The notes: generated from the sequence alone by a model not told the origin. 64,000 nucleotides of DNA from the human T2T-CHM13v2.0 reference genome, Homo sapiens (GCF_009914755.1 NC_060930.1); one strand, 5' to 3'. Positions 24,825 through 39,489 are shown, counted from the first letter of the stretch. A program made the numbers and translations.

Positions 24825-25500
24825 ATCCTGCATGGTGCATGGTGCATGATGCAGAGAGGCCTATTGCAGGTTGCAGGCGCCTGTGCTGAATGCACACACT
24901 GACCCAGCTATGTGAAGGTCGTCTCATGGCTGCTTCAACACTTAGGAGTGTTACTGAGAGTGCAGAGTCCAGATTGCTGAGGAGGCAAAACGGAGACCAC
25001 TGGCACAAACGTCCTAAGGAATCCCACGATGGGAGGGCCCCTCAGGACCTCACATGGGGCCTGCTCACCCTTGTTTCAGTTATAAGTGTGGCTATTCCGT
25101 TTCCCATCCATGGCGGGTTAGAAACAGCAGGTGAAGTGGGATCGGTGGCAGGAGACGCAGTCCGAGCAAGTGTGTGCAAGGCCATCGTGATGCTTCCTGT
25201 TGGTGGACAGAGGCCACGGCTCAGAGCTGTGTTCCTCCCCTCCCACCCCCGAGCCACAGGCGTGAGATATCTGCTGTTCTCTCTCCTAAAAGGGACTCCC
25301 TGCAGCAGTCAGGATTAAGGCCTGTGACTGAATGACCTCAGAACACAGTTCGATTTGTTCTTCTTTGGGCATTGGGCAGGTTTTTTTAAGTTAGAAATTT
25401 TAAAAATAATACTGTTCGGAGTAAGTAGTTTTAATGATTTGGGATGAATTTTATTTTTCAGAAACAATCTTGTCTTTAACCAAAAAGTGAAGTTTCCACC

Positions 25501-25902
25501 TGATATAGTTTGGATATCTGTCCCCTCCAAATCTCATGTGGAAATGTGGTCCCTGGTGTTGGAGGTGGGGCCTGGTGAGAGGTGTGTGGGTCATGGGCAG
25601 GTCCTTAATGAATGGCTTGGTGCCCTCCCCGAGGTAGTGAGTGAGTTCTCACTCTATCAGTTACCTGGAGATCTGATATTTTTAAAGAGGCTGGCATCTC
25701 TGTCTTGCTCTCTCTCTCCATGTGACATACCTCGTCTCCCTCTGCCTTCCGCCATGAGGAAAACTTCCTGAGGCCTCCCCAGAAGCAGAGGCCAGAGCCA
25801 TGCTCGTACAGCCTGCAGAACCGTGAGCCACATAAACCTCTTTTATTATCAATTATCCAGTCTCAGGTATTCGGTTACGGCCATGCAAAACAGGCTAACG
25901 CA
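25501..25902 (+). mobile_element. MSTB (MaLR) solo LTR
   Basis: tgatatagtttggatatctgtcccctccaaatctcatg...cagcctgcagaaccgtgagcc; perfect 5-bp TSD CCACC at 25496-25500 and 25903-25907. Confidence 0.9.
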
Positions 25903-26005
25903 CCACCCATGTCCTGTAGTGACCGAATTCCTACTGAGGATGGACACACAGATGGACAGACGTTGCTTCATTTTAAGTCTACATTTTCAAAACAGTTTTT
26001 GTTTC

Positions 26006-26320
26006 GTGGGTTCATTAAGTAAGCATGACTGAGTCACTGGCCACAGGGTTGAACTAGGTCTCCAGCCACCATCTCTCTCTGTAGGTTGGGCTGACACCAT
26101 GTGACGCAAAGCCCCAACCTTCAATCATGGTTAGCCTTTCTGGCATGGCCAGCCCCAGCCTGAGCCATCTCCTTAACTTAAACTATCTAGGGGCCCCCAG
26201 ATCACCTCATTAGCATAAACTATCAGGGCCCACCATAAGTAACAAAGACAATCGTATCACTGGGGAAATTCCAAGGATTTAGAGGCTTCCTCCCAGTAAC
26301 TGGGGACAAGACAAAGGCTG
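26006..26320 (-). mobile_element. MER21-type LTR fragment
   Basis: ctatctaggggccc...cacctcattagcataaact...ggaaattccaaggattta. Confidence 0.7.
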
Positions 26321-26349
26321 TCCAAATTGATCACACGGGAGTGGCTATA

Positions 26350-26796
26350 CTATATTCACTGTGATCATTGAATGATTCTGAAATTCACGTATTATTTTCA
26401 CATTTCCACACCACTGAAAGTGGGACCGAGTTTACAATTGCTGTGGCCCTTATAGTCGTTGTCATCCTCTCAGCTACACATCAGAACTTGGAAAATGGGA
26501 ATCAATCTCAGAAGAAAACACTGAGCACCCTTTTAAGAACTACGCTATGACCAAGGCTCTTGCTGATACAGAGACCATACTACATGGAAAAGCATGAACA
26601 GCAACACTGCTAAACACAAACACTATTCAAAAGTGTTGCACTCTGAAGGAAGGTGAAGGAGTTTTAGGGGCACCTTGACTAATTTGTTTCCTTATAGCTG
26701 GCCTGTTATGTAAGTGCAAACCTTTTCTCCCCTTAGTGGTACATAATGTAGTGTGTATCTTATCATTGATGGTGTGTAGTATTCAATGAAATATGG
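26350..26796 (+). mobile_element. Tc2/Kanga1-like DNA transposon relic
   Basis: Termini resemble the Kanga/MER104 terminal inverted repeats (ctatattcactg...; ...attcaatgaaatatgg); internal gagcacccttttaagaa...gctcttgctgatacagag. Confidence 0.6.
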
Positions 26797-26799
26797 AGT

Positions 26800-27420
26800 T
26801 TCATAATGGCTTTTTTCTCTGAGTATATTATGAACATATTTCTACATCAAAGCGCTTCATGTTTCTCATAATATATAATTTTATTGCATTGGTATATTAT
26901 CTAACACGCTTTATTTAACTGATTCCCTACTAGATATGTGTGCTCTTCTCATTTCCACGGTTGTAACCAAGACTGAGGCATATGTGGCTGTGTTGTTATG
27001 TTTTGCACACTTGTCCAGTTGCTTCTTTAAGATAAATTCCTAGAAGTGTAATTTATGGGTCCTACTGTGTCTGCATTTTAAAAACATGCTGCCCATTTCC
27101 TTTTAGAAAAGCCATAGCTCTCCACTCTCTCCAGTGGTAGTTGGTCACTGGCTGCCACACCCAGGACCACTCTGTGTTTTCTGTCTTTGTCATCTGTCAG
27201 TCTCCTGCAATACTTAACCTCTTCTGTTCTACTCCCAAGGATCTTGTTTCAGTGTGAATTTCTCTGATTATTAGTGAGGTTGATTATCTTAAAAATATGC
27301 TATTGGCCATTTATTTGTACTCCTTTTTAATAACTGCTTATGTGTGTTCATTGTACTTTCTTTCTTTATTGAGTTGTCTTTTTTCTCATATGAATTATAA
27401 TATTTCCCCAGGTTTTGGAT
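26800..27420 (-). mobile_element. L1ME-like 3' fragment
   Basis: gataaattcctagaagtg...tctctgattattagtgaggttga...tattggccattt. Confidence 0.65.
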
Positions 27421-28913
27421 TGCCTTTTCATTTTGGCTTAACTACCTTTTAATTAACACGTTGTCATGTCACATCCAGACAAAAGACAAAACAGACTGGG
27501 TGACAGCTCAGAGGGAGCTGCCAGATGGCCACCAGTGCCCCCTCGGGGGAGGCAGGCAGGCTGGGTAGTGGCCACCCAGGGGAGGGGCTGCCAAGCCTGC
27601 TCTGGGTCTGAGCTCCTGGGTGTTTCAGCATCCCATATGGGTAATTGGCAGTCCCATTGTGCTGAATTCACGAGTCTGAGGCTCCCAACCTGGCGAGGGC
27701 TCTGCAACATGGCCTTGCTATATGTAATCCAGGCTCACAGGGTGGAAGTGCATTGTACATCTGAGCTCGTCCACTCCTGTATAAAATTGGGAAACACATC
27801 CTCAGTAAGCAACAGAACAACAACCATGTCCACAGGGTGAGGCTGTCCAGGAGGCCTCTGATGAAGCTTGAATCCGTGAGCTGGCATTCTTTTGACCCTG
27901 CTGTTTATCAGCAGAGTCCTTTCCCTTATAAGGGGAATTCTCTCTCTGTACCTCAGGGCATCTAAGCCTCCACACTGGATGTTTTATTAGAAAGCAGTGA
28001 ACAGGCAATAAGCCCCTTGACAGGACAGTTCTTTGTTGCTCAGAAATCGCTCTTGGCTACCTGTCTAAATCACTGGGGTAAACATCAGGAAACCTTTTAA
28101 AGGGGTCAAGAGAGGCCGGGGCACCTTGAACTGCAGCACCTACTCTCTTATCAACAAAGGCAGACACTGGTCATCTCATTCAATACAGCCGACTTCAAAG
28201 GAAGCTCTGCTCCATTTCTCAAAATGGATGATATTCTTGTATTCTGAGATGTCTACTTTCAATAAAACAAAGTCATAATATTTGTCAGGAGAAAGTAAGG
28301 GAAAGGAAGCTGACATTTATTAAAGACACACTGTGCTCCAGACCCTGTGCTCAGCGCTTTCCAGTGTGCAGACTCAGTCGTGGTGAGCCGCGTATACGGC
28401 TGAGACCTGCATTTAATTAATAAGAGACTATTATAAACATCATATAGTACGTCAGAAACAATTAGAAAAGATGTTCTCCTTAAGGCCTCAAGCGTCAAAG
28501 GAGAAAGAAAAATTAAAGACACTGAAAATGGTGCAACTTTTCCTAATCATTCAAATCAAATCATACTTTTGCTTCATTTATCTACACACACACACACACA
28601 CAGAGTCATGCGTTGCTTCATGATGGGGCTATGTTCTGAGAAAAGTGAAGTTTTAAGTAGAGTAAGGATATGGGGATAACATTTGGGTTTTTATAGGATC
28701 CTTCTTGCTGAAGTGTGGAGAATGGTTTGAAGGGCACCACAGTAGAAGTTTTAAGATCAGTTCAGGTCTTCAGCTTTCTGCTCATTAAAATCTTTGTTCG
28801 CTGAAGTTTCCAGCCTAGAAAAGAAATTCTAGACATTGTAAACACACAGCATTCATCTTTGGACATCAAGAGTGCTCAAGGGGCAACAAGCATGTGCCCA
28901 CCTCCCTGAATTC

Positions 28914-29160
28914 TGGCTCCCATCCTCCCTCCCTCTCCCCTCCCTGGCACCCCCTCTCGCCTCCCTGGCACCCTCCTGCACTCTCCCCTCTGTGGCACTC
29001 TCCCTCCCACTCCCTTCCCTCCCTCTCTCCTCTCCTGCACTCTCCCTCCCTCTCCCTTTCCTCCTTCTTCCCTTTCTGGCACCCTCCCTCCTTGTCCCCT
29101 CCCTCCCTCTCCTCTCCCTCCACATCTGCTGCAGATCCTCCTCTCTCCTGCTCTACCCAC
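28914..29160. repeat. C/T-rich low-complexity tract with ctccctggcaccc-type units
   Basis: Direct reading; source of five overlapping Pro/Ser- and Gly/Arg-rich ORFs. Confidence 0.9.
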
Positions 29161-30585
29161 ATCTGCTGCCCTTTTTGTCATAAAAAAATTACATAACACC
29201 ATCTTCCTGGCCATTCTCCTCTGCCAATATCAAATTAGTTATCTAAATTTGATTCGTTAGGGAATCACGTTTCATTTCAGCTTTTCTTGAAATAGAAGCA
29301 TTTTAATAAATTATATTCAACACACCAGTATAAAATATAAAAGTAATTCAATTTCTTAACACAAGTCTTTTATTTTCTCATAAAATGAAGCAGGGAAGTC
29401 TCCTAGGAGAAGCTCCTTGCCTTGACAGCACCCTCCTTGCAATCTGTGATCTCCCTGTACTCATTCGCACGGGTTACGTTGTGGCAGATTCTGCCATAGA
29501 GAAATGACAAAGGAGTGATCACAAAAATGCACTTAAAAGTGCTTTGCAGCACTCTCCTCACCCCCTGATATGAGGAGGGGTTAGCGAGCCCTTCAGGGGT
29601 GGGTGGTCATTCTGCTCCTCTGGGTCATAGGCAGGAGCCCCTCCTCCTCTCGTCTTGGCCTGTGGTGTGGACCGTGAAGTGGGTTGTTCTCACATTATTC
29701 CTACTCTGGAAGAATGGGAAGGGGTTGTCCTCTGGCAGAAGATAAACATCTGCTGAGTTCAAACACTCTTATTGCACTATATGGAGAAACTAACAAGCTC
29801 ATCAATGCATTTCATTATTGGTCTGAAGATTAATTACATCTGATGGTAACAATTGTGGCTTCCATTATCGCAGAAACTGTCTGCTGAAAGTGACGTTGCT
29901 GGTTATCTGTCATCTTAATGTGAGGAATTCTGGCAAAGGGGCCCTGGCGTGACGTTCCCAAGCATTCCCTACCTTCACCCTAACTCCCCAAGCAGCCCTG
30001 CCCATTCCCAGCTATATAGCCACCCTAGGACCAGGAAGGACTGCCTTGTTTTTCTCTGTAGTAGATGAATGACAGAGGGGCAGATGCAGCCACCCTTTTC
30101 TTGATGTGCCTAGGCAGGTGTCCTGCCTGCCCTGGCTCGGCTCCACCAAGCCGATGGATATGCTGTGTACCCTGCGGCCACCTCCTGGGCAGCAGGTGGC
30201 CCAGATCTGTCTGTGGCTGTGCTTGCCACCTTGCTGGGTGTCACGGCTCTTTGCTCCTTGGCCCGTGGCTCTCCCTTTGACCCCTCTCTGGTCTGCAGCA
30301 CTTGGTGTCTGCCCATGAACTCCCTGGGTTTGAACCTCCCCTGGGGACTTTTTGGCTTACCTTGGCTGGGCTCGGGCTGTCTTGTGCTAATTCTGGTGGA
30401 AGAAACATCTTGTTCTTGCTGGAAATAGAACCTTCTCCTTATCTCCCCCTCCACCCACACACACATGCCCATCGCTCTCCACCAAACAGGGAGTCAGCAC
30501 CTCCATAGGCTGTGAGAAGACTGAGCTCGATTCTCCTGCTCCAACAGCCTAGAGCTACGGTAATCCAGGGCATGGGGTCAGACAT

Positions 30586-30732
30586 CAGTGGCTCTCAAAC
30601 TTGAGCGTGTGCAAGAATTCCCTGGAGGGCTAGTGAGAGAATCTGATTCAGTAGGGCTGGAGCAAGGCTGGGAATTTGCATCTTTAACAAGTTCCAAAGT
30701 GGAGATGGTGTTGCTGCTGCTCAGGTGTTTGA
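30586..30732. mobile_element. MER5A (hAT-Charlie) DNA transposon
   Basis: cagtggctctcaaacttgag...ctgattcagtagg...gaatttgcatctttaacaagttcc. Confidence 0.75.
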
Positions 30733-31541
30733 GATGCGGGCAGTGGCCGCCAGTGCAGAGGAGAAAGCTGGCCACAGCCTCTGTGACCTACAGTTGGAGC
30801 TGGTCATGCCTAGCATGGCCCACCCTGGGCCACAGGGCACCTTTGAGCAGCTGGCAAAAGACCTGGCTAAGACATCATTTGGATGTTCGCGGTGGAGGTC
30901 AGAGCCTCTTGGGAGAGGAGGCTCTTCTCCTCAGCCTAAAGCCAGAGCCACTTTTACTGCATAGCTAGAAGGGCCAGAGAAAGAGTGCGGGCTCTGGGGG
31001 AAATGAGCCTTGCTCGGAATCCTGTCTCCATGACCTCCGGTTTACTCAGCCCTTCTGGGCCTGCAGAATAGGACAACTGCATCTGCCCCATACGGTTGTT
31101 GTGGGGCTTTGATGAGACACATTCTAGCATAGCTGGGGTTGAGAAGGAGCCCACGAAGGATGGCTGCGATGATGAATAGCTGCCCAGCAGCATTTCTTTC
31201 CAACTCCACCCTTTGGCAATGAGTGCAAAGGCCGAAGCCTTATACATGGGGTCACCTCAGTACTCCTCTGTGCCCTACAGAGCTTCCATTAGGACCTCCC
31301 GCCGCACCCCTCAACAGGCACTGGGGAGAAACAGGAATCAATGACACTAACACCCCCCACAGCACTGGCAGAACGAGGGAAAGGGAGAGGGAGCCACAGC
31401 CAGCCACGTGCTTACTGTGTGCTGGCGTTGTGCTACTTGAGGAAGGAATTCTGTTTCCATTTTACAGTTGAGGAAACAGAGGTTGAGAAACTGGCTCCAG
31501 GGAGAAGCAAAGCTCTTGGATTACTTCCAAGCCCCTCATTT

Positions 31542-31724
31542 ATTTTGTAGTTTTTTGAGATAGAGTCTCGCTCTGTCGCCCAGGCTGGAGTGCAGTGGCG
31601 TGATCATGGCTCAAGTGATCCTCCCACTTCAGCTCCCGAGTAGCTGGGACTACAGGTGTACGTGCCACCACACCCGGCTAATTTTTGTATTTTCTGTAGA
31701 GATGGGGTCTCGCCATGTTGCCCA
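31542..31724 (-). mobile_element. 5'-truncated AluJ with an internal deletion, inserted in a MIR
   Basis: TSD caag(c/t)ccctcattt; the deletion lies between two ggctca motifs. Confidence 0.85.
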
Positions 31725-33222
31725 CAAGTCCCTCATTTTAGAGGTGAGAAAATCAGAGAAGTTGCATGCCTTTCCCAAAGACACACAGCCGTTTTAGTGA
31801 TAGCATTAGGGCAAGCCTCAGTTTCTAAAAACTGGATTTGTCTCACTGTCTCATGGCCTCCTCTTCACTCCTTCCCTTGAGTAGTTAACCCAGGAGAAAA
31901 GGCGTGGTGTGACAGCACTGGGGCCCTAAAGACATTTTTGTTTGTTTTGGTTTTAACAAATTGAAGTTGGCGTTGGTTTTCCCCTTTAGGAAGACGGGGA
32001 GAGTCTCTTTTGATGACAGGCTTTTGAGGACTATCCCCGTTACACCCGCAGTCATGCTACATCCGAGGAAGTTATTACTGACCAGTGATCCTTGTCAAAG
32101 GCAGCTGTCACTGCGAATACATTTGAATCCCCCAAATTTTGTGAAATATCCTGCCCCAGAGAGGTCACTTTTATAGACCAAGTAATGCATGATACACAGC
32201 AACTCCAGAACCCAGTGAGGGATTTTCAGGTCAGCAATGGCTGGGGAAGAGATCTCAGCTCTGCAAAATTAGAATTGGCCCCTACAGGGCAGTCTTAGCC
32301 TCCTGATTCACATAAAGGGGGATCTCTCTTCTTGATTTCCTATATCCTCCCTAACTCAGTCACCCTCCCTTTCTCCACTCCCTCTTTTTCTTTGCAGCCT
32401 AAATAGAGCCCATAGGAGAAGGCTGCTGAATAAATAGTGTATTAAATAAGGTAACTGAAGTGTGAACCTGTGCAAATATTTTAGTATTTTATTTTTAAAT
32501 CATCTAGTAGTAAGATGTCTTCACTAATTGAAAACCCATCACAATCTAATTGCATGTTTCTTTCTGTCTGAAGGTCACTGCGCAAATATGGGTGAAGCAT
32601 CTTCCACGTGGCAGGCATAGTTCTGGGCACTCATACATCAGTGAACAGAACGTGGACTCCTGTCAGCCTCATTTCAGCAGTGAGGAGTGAGGTGATCAAC
32701 AACACACTTAATAAATAAGGAAGTTTTTCAGGTCAGAAATGCTAAAAAAAGGGAAAAAGTAGAACAGAGAAGAGGGATTGGAAAGGCTGTGGTATGAGTG
32801 TTGTGTGAGTGTGTATATGTGTGCAAGTGTGTGTGTATGAGTGTGTACGTGTGTTGGGATTATGTTGGATGAGCATGTGGGTGTGTTTCCTGCATGTGTG
32901 TGTGTTTATGGGTGCATGTGTGGGCGTGTGGGTGAGAGTGGGGGGGGGCACTTTTATATGGGGTGCTTAGAACAGGCCTCACTAGGAGGAAAGCTCTGAG
33001 CCAGGGTGTGAAGGAGGTGACGAGGTGTGCTGTGTGGAATCTGAAATGAGAAGGGGAGAGGCTTTCCTCTCTAGGGATTTTTGGTTCTGATCTGCAAGCG
33101 GTAACTCTCTGGAAATGGTGTCAGAATGAAGACTCCTGCTCATGGAAACATCTGGATATTCTCCTATTTTCTTGGTAGGCTTTGCTTAAACACATCAGCT
33201 GCTCATATTGAATGGGATTTAG

Positions 33223-33549
<327 letters not shown>

Positions 33550-35347
33550 AGCCTGTCTTTTTAGAGGCGACCTGAGCCCTGCTCCGGGACTGATTCTGGA
33601 TGCTGTCTGGGATGACTTGGATGATACTGATCTCCATGAGGGCAGAGTGAGCTCTGCACTTGCTGGGTTTGCTCTAGTCTGGCTGGAGCAGACTCACTGG
33701 TAACCAACCTCTTGTAGTCAGCAAGGCCAGATAGGGACTGGGGACAAGGGCAGCAAACAGAAATGCTCTGTCTCCAGCGTGGCACAAGACAAATGTGAAG
33801 GAGGGATTACCTGAGGGAGATATGAAACAAAAAGCCAACACCTGATGGGCAGTGTCCCTCCCACCTCACTGCCTCGGAATCTTAGATGAATCTTAACCTG
33901 TCCTGAAGAAGGATGACACAGCAGCCAGTGTTTGATTTGTGAAAGGAATCGCTTTGTGCATTTGATGTTGAAATACGTGCAGATCCCCCAGGCCCTGGCT
34001 CCTGCTGGGGTCTGCCAGGCCAGCTCAGCAGGGTCTCTACCTACAGGGATTAGCCCCCAGGAAGGGCTGCTCTCCCTGGCACCATGAGGATGGGGATCTT
34101 GCCTCACGTGGAGTAATTCAGAGTTTGGCCACCAAGGTTTTGTCGTGAGCCTTTTGTGCTGGGCAGCACAGCCAATTCCTTGTCTTGGATTATTCACAAC
34201 CAGCTGCAGCCCCCACAGACTCCAGTGTGGTGAACACAGAGGAGAGGACAGCTTTACACACAGTGTTGCCAATGTACGTGCCTACCCCTAGTTCTGTGGA
34301 AACCAGGAGCTCTTGTCAAGTTCCAATTACTGCGGTCCTTAATGTGACCACAGGTGGAAAAATGGACCCTTGTAGCTTGGCTCCCTGCTGTGTTTAACTT
34401 GAAAGATATGCTTTCAAAAAATCCCTGTGGAGACTGAAAACTCCATAGAGCCAGTTGGCGCCCTACCTACATTAGAATAATCATCCTCGGTCCAAAGGCA
34501 TAGGGAATTCTTTAGAAACATCACAGTGATGCATGAAACAGGAAATGCAAGTGGTTTGCCGCGAAGACACTCAAAATGCAGTTGGACAGCAATAGCACCC
34601 TTTCTCTTTTGATATTCAACTCCAAGTTTAATTACTGCTCAGAGAGATATGGCTGAAAAGTTGCTAGCATATAGAATTTTTCTATTTCCATTTCTTTTGC
34701 TGCTTTGACTTGCAGAGTCAGTACCACTCTTTGATCCAGGCAAGGGGGATTCTGCCTCTTCCCTGTCTCTGGTGGCTGGAACTGTAGTGTTCTCAAGTCA
34801 TAGCTCCCTGAGCCTTGTCCTAATGTCCCCGCCGTCATCTCTCCCTTCTGGGATAGTCTCCAATCCACTCTCTGCAGGTGGGGTCGACCAGATGGCCTGG
34901 AGCTAGGGCCTTGCCTAACAAGGTCATCCCGTAGGGGGCACCTGGCACGCAGACCACTGTCACTGCCTGGGACAGTACTTCCTTTACGGGATCACATAAA
35001 CTTGGGCAGCCAGAATGATGCTGATGGACTAATGTTGAGTGACTTACATTGTTTCTATAGATAAGGGCGCCACACAAAAAATGGTTGCTCCCTGTTCCCC
35101 GTAGCAGATGTGCATAGAGTAAATTTCCACAAATTCTAACGTCCTGATAATTTGGCCAGGAGATAGTTTGACATTTACCTTTAGACTATTAAGTGTAAAA
35201 GCAGTCTGTTAGGCAAATGATAAGCAAACAATGGAAAGGGGAAAAGGTTGATGTGTTTAAGAGAAAAAAGTTACTCTGAAAATCTTTAGAGTTTCTGTCC
35301 ATCAGTGATTGATCTAAATTTTAATGAATTCTCATCAATTAATTACA

Positions 35348-35628
35348 GGCTTATGCCTGTAATCCCAGCACTTTGGGGGGCTGAGGCGGGAAGATTACCT
35401 GAGGTCAGGAGTTCGAGACCAGCCTGGCCAACATGGTGAAACCCTGTCTCTACTAAAAATGCAAAAATTAGCCCAGCATGGTGGCAGGCGCCTGTAATCC
35501 CAGCTACTCGGGAGGCTGAGGCAGAAGAATCACTTGAACCTGGAGGCGGAGGTTGCCGTGACCCAGGATTGCACCATTGCACTCCAGCCTTGGTGACAAG
35601 AGCGAAACTCCATCTCAAAAAAAAAAAA
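35348..35628 (+). mobile_element. AluS (slightly 5'-truncated)
   Basis: cctgaggtcaggagttcgagaccagcctggccaacatggtgaaaccc; A tail. Confidence 0.92.
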
Positions 35629-37039
35629 TTAGTATGTGCTATAAGGACCTCTGTACTTCATTGTATATACTTAAAAACTTTACATTTATCCCTTTAAAAT
35701 AATCTCTTCAGACTTTCAGAGCTTTCCATTGCTATTCCCAAGCAATGTTCGTGAAATTATGTAGCATATTTAGTGATCCTCTCTCTTCATTTATGATGGA
35801 TCTCCAGATAGTTACTGATGTTTTAAAATATACACATCTGCTTAATTTTGTTCCTCCCTTTTTATTTTCCCCAACCCTCACAAAAAGACAGCATTTGGAA
35901 AATTTAGCAGACACTAGGCTGAGATCAGGGCAGGCAAATTCGACATCTGACTCTGGAGCAAACCTCTTCCCTTCTCTGTTCTTCGGGGTCCTCATTTGTT
36001 TAACAAATGCTGTTAGACCGGGTCCACGGTTTTTGAAAATATTTCAGTCATAGAATCTGTTCTTCAAACCAAACCTTATCCACGAAGCCTGGTACAGAGA
36101 ACAGACAGTGGAGTTGCTGGCTTTCGGTTTTCGTTGTTTGGTTTTCCATTGCTGTAAGTGTCGGGGCTCAGTGCGGTGTCCCCCGGGGCATGTCTATAGA
36201 AAATCCCCATGGCTCCAGGGAGTCCAGTTTAAAGCCCACCCAACTAAATGAGGTTCTTCCTCTCTCAATCCTTCTGTTGGATTTAAAGGTATTGATGGAG
36301 GAATTCTATGGTGAAGAATTCCCAATAATATGAGAAATTGCATCATGGGGGTTATTATAAATTCAGCTTTTTCTATTTTGAGTTTCTTTAAAATAAAGTA
36401 TACTTGTGTAATTTTTGTTACAACAGCTAATCTATGATCATAAATAGATCAAATGGCTTTAATGCTTCTAATGAAACAGTCCGTCTAGCTGGAAGATACT
36501 GGCATAATGAAAATCCCTGACTCTAGCCAACAGTGAGGAACGTGCCCCCACAGCCAGCTCCCTCCCCTGCAGGGCCTGAGGGCTCAGTGCGGGATGGGGC
36601 TGCAGGGCTATCTCCTCCCGTATGCCCTGAAAAAACAGGACTGCTGAAGGCCTCAGACCTTCAACTTGCTCCTGAAAGCGTGACCACAGTGGAGATGCAT
36701 CTGCAAAAGCAAGTTGACAGATGCAGATCTCAGAACTGAACAGAAGCCTCTCGACAAACGTCTCTTATTTGGCCTTGGGGACAGGATGAGGGGGAAGTGG
36801 TGTCAGAATTGGCTGTGTAGAAACCAAGGCCTAAGCTAGGTAAGAGGCTCAAAGGCTCTTTGTGTTATAAGATTAAGGGACCATCAGGGGAAAAAGAGAA
36901 ATGAAGTAGGCAATAGAAAGAAATTAGACTTTCTTTCTCTCACAACCACCCTTCAAAGTATGTATTATCATTCTTATTTTACAAAAATGGAAATGAGCTC
37001 AGCAATGTGCTTGTTACACAGTCAGTCAGAGCTGGATAG

Positions 37040-37355
<316 letters not shown>

Positions 37356-39489
37356 GATAGATGTATTTTTTATCTCATTAGAAACAGCCCACCTTCCTGG
37401 GTTATAGAAAGAAGCAGAGGCCGAGAGCCGTCGACCCTCCCAGCTCCCGCCTGTGTTCTCTTCTTGGTCCTCTCCCATCCTGAATCGACAACCAGCAAAT
37501 ATGACAATCCAGATGGTGGTCCTACCCGACTTAAGCCTCTCTGGGCCTCACGTTGGAAGCGCCCCTTTGCTCCCAGCCTGAGACTCAGTGACCTGAGCCG
37601 TTAGAAGGACAGATGGGCTTTGGGGGACCGAGTCTACACCAAGACGTCAGGACATCGCTAGGAGAGCTCTTGCCTCCAGCACACACGTTCCCTGGGAGTG
37701 AGGTTTGTGTGTGTCCTCCCTCACTGAGGAATGTGGGGGCTGTGGAAGCACTTGAGCAGGAGTCTGCAGAGGGTGGACATGCTGCTGCCGGGGAGCTCGC
37801 TCTGGTGCTCAGCTTGGTTTCTCCGGGCTTGCTTTAAAGGGACCCATGCTGCAAAAATCGTGACTATAGCAGCACCCATAGGGCCTTCAGGGCAGAAACC
37901 TTCTTTTGCCATGCACTTTTACAGGGTCAAAATTTATTAGAAGATTGCGCAGGCTCTGAGAGGTCCTAATGTGTGCCTGGGTATTGAAAATTGGGTGAAT
38001 GGGGCCCACGGAAGAACGCTCTCTGGGGAAAGTCTGGAGGGGACAAGAATAAAAAGTTCCTCCACTACTCAGATGTAAGCAAACTGCAGGAAGAGGGTTC
38101 TGGGGAAAACACATTGAGGTTTAATACTAAGCCACCTGGAAAGAGTGGGTTGCTTCTCTCACACCAGGAGAAATTCTGCATAAATGTGTCAGGCCTTACA
38201 AGTTTACACAAGCAGGAAGCCTCTGGGTTAAAATGCTCCCAAGGATTAAAACCCACAGGGTTCTGATGCTTTGCTTGGTCGGGGTGGACACAGCACCACT
38301 TTTCCTGGGCTCCTCAGCCCCAAGGGAAGGATGCTGGCCAGGGTGTGGAGATTAGTGGTTTGGAGGGGGATTGCCTGCCCGATCCCTGTGAGTGACAGAA
38401 GCCCTGCCCACCCTCGGCAGGGCCACAGCTTGCTTAGACGATGGTTGCCCCTGGCAGCCCGTGAGCTCAAGGCTTGACATGTCGACCTGTCCTCCTCCCC
38501 ATCCTTATTGCTGGAGATGCTAGAAGATGTGTCCCCAGCACTCTCAGACCAGGCTGCTCTTTTCCCTTCACAGCAGGACACGGATATCACCTTGGGGCCT
38601 TGGTCACTGGGCTGCCTCCTTGGCCTGCCTTTCCCCTCACTCCGGGCCGCACTGGGCTTCTGTGATTGGGCGGATCACGCCGGCCTCATGTTCCTTCTCT
38701 TGTCCCTCTCTACCCCTCATGAAATTGTGCTCCTTCAGAGCATACAGGCCGTCAGGATGCGGGGTAGGGTCAAGACTTATCAGACTGAGCGATGAACACC
38801 TTGGCTTCTCCATCAGACCCCGTGAGAACCACAATGGACACGTGTCAGGTAGCAGCAGGCGATTTACAAAGGCTTTCACAGCCTCCTGTTTCTGTAATCC
38901 TTACAACTGTTGGGCAGAATAGGGCTCTTGTCTCTCTTCCTAACCTGGGTCTCACATAATGTGCTATCTTGTGCTACACACGAATTTCTTTAGTCTTATC
39001 TCCTTAACTGGGCTGTGAGATCCCTGATGGCAGAAGCTTTGTGTATTTTTGCTAATAACATTCATTCAAAGTCTTTGGGCATTCACGAGCCTCCCTCCCC
39101 TACTCACACAAAGAGAGGCATTCTTAAATGAGGAGGAAGAAATTAACTTTTCCAGGTGAATGCCTGGCTTTAAATCGGCTCTTTCCTGGAATTCTATCTT
39201 TAAATGGTATATACGTGTATAATGTTGTATGGAAAACATATTTCATTATGACAGCAGAAAAATTAGAAGGGTTTGATGAAGGATAATGAGAGTGCAAATC
39301 CTTTAAAAAATATAACAGATATCTCATTTTTAAAAGTCTGCCATTCTACACTAACAGTATTTTTCATGCCAAATTTTCTCAATCTGAAGTTTGTTGTAAT
39401 TATCGTATGTTGGTTACAAGTTCTCCTGTGAGGATTTTCTTATATTTAAATTTTAAGCATTTATTAAATTACAAAAATAATATATGCTG

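Noticed and set aside
28853-29214. Five overlapping Gly/Arg/Glu- or Pro/Ser-rich ORFs
   Set aside because: The low-complexity C/T tract lacks stop codons by composition
33718-34272. 184-aa - strand ORF
   Set aside because: No domain similarity or coding-like composition that I can recognise, and no supporting splice structure
35342-35363. attacaggc-ttat-gcctgtaat hairpin at the 5' end of an Alu
   Set aside because: The upstream bases can be explained by a degenerate TSD (aattaattaca vs aattagtatg), so the hairpin is probably coincidental
36186-36195. p53 half-site GGGCATGTCT
   Set aside because: There is no adjacent second half-site
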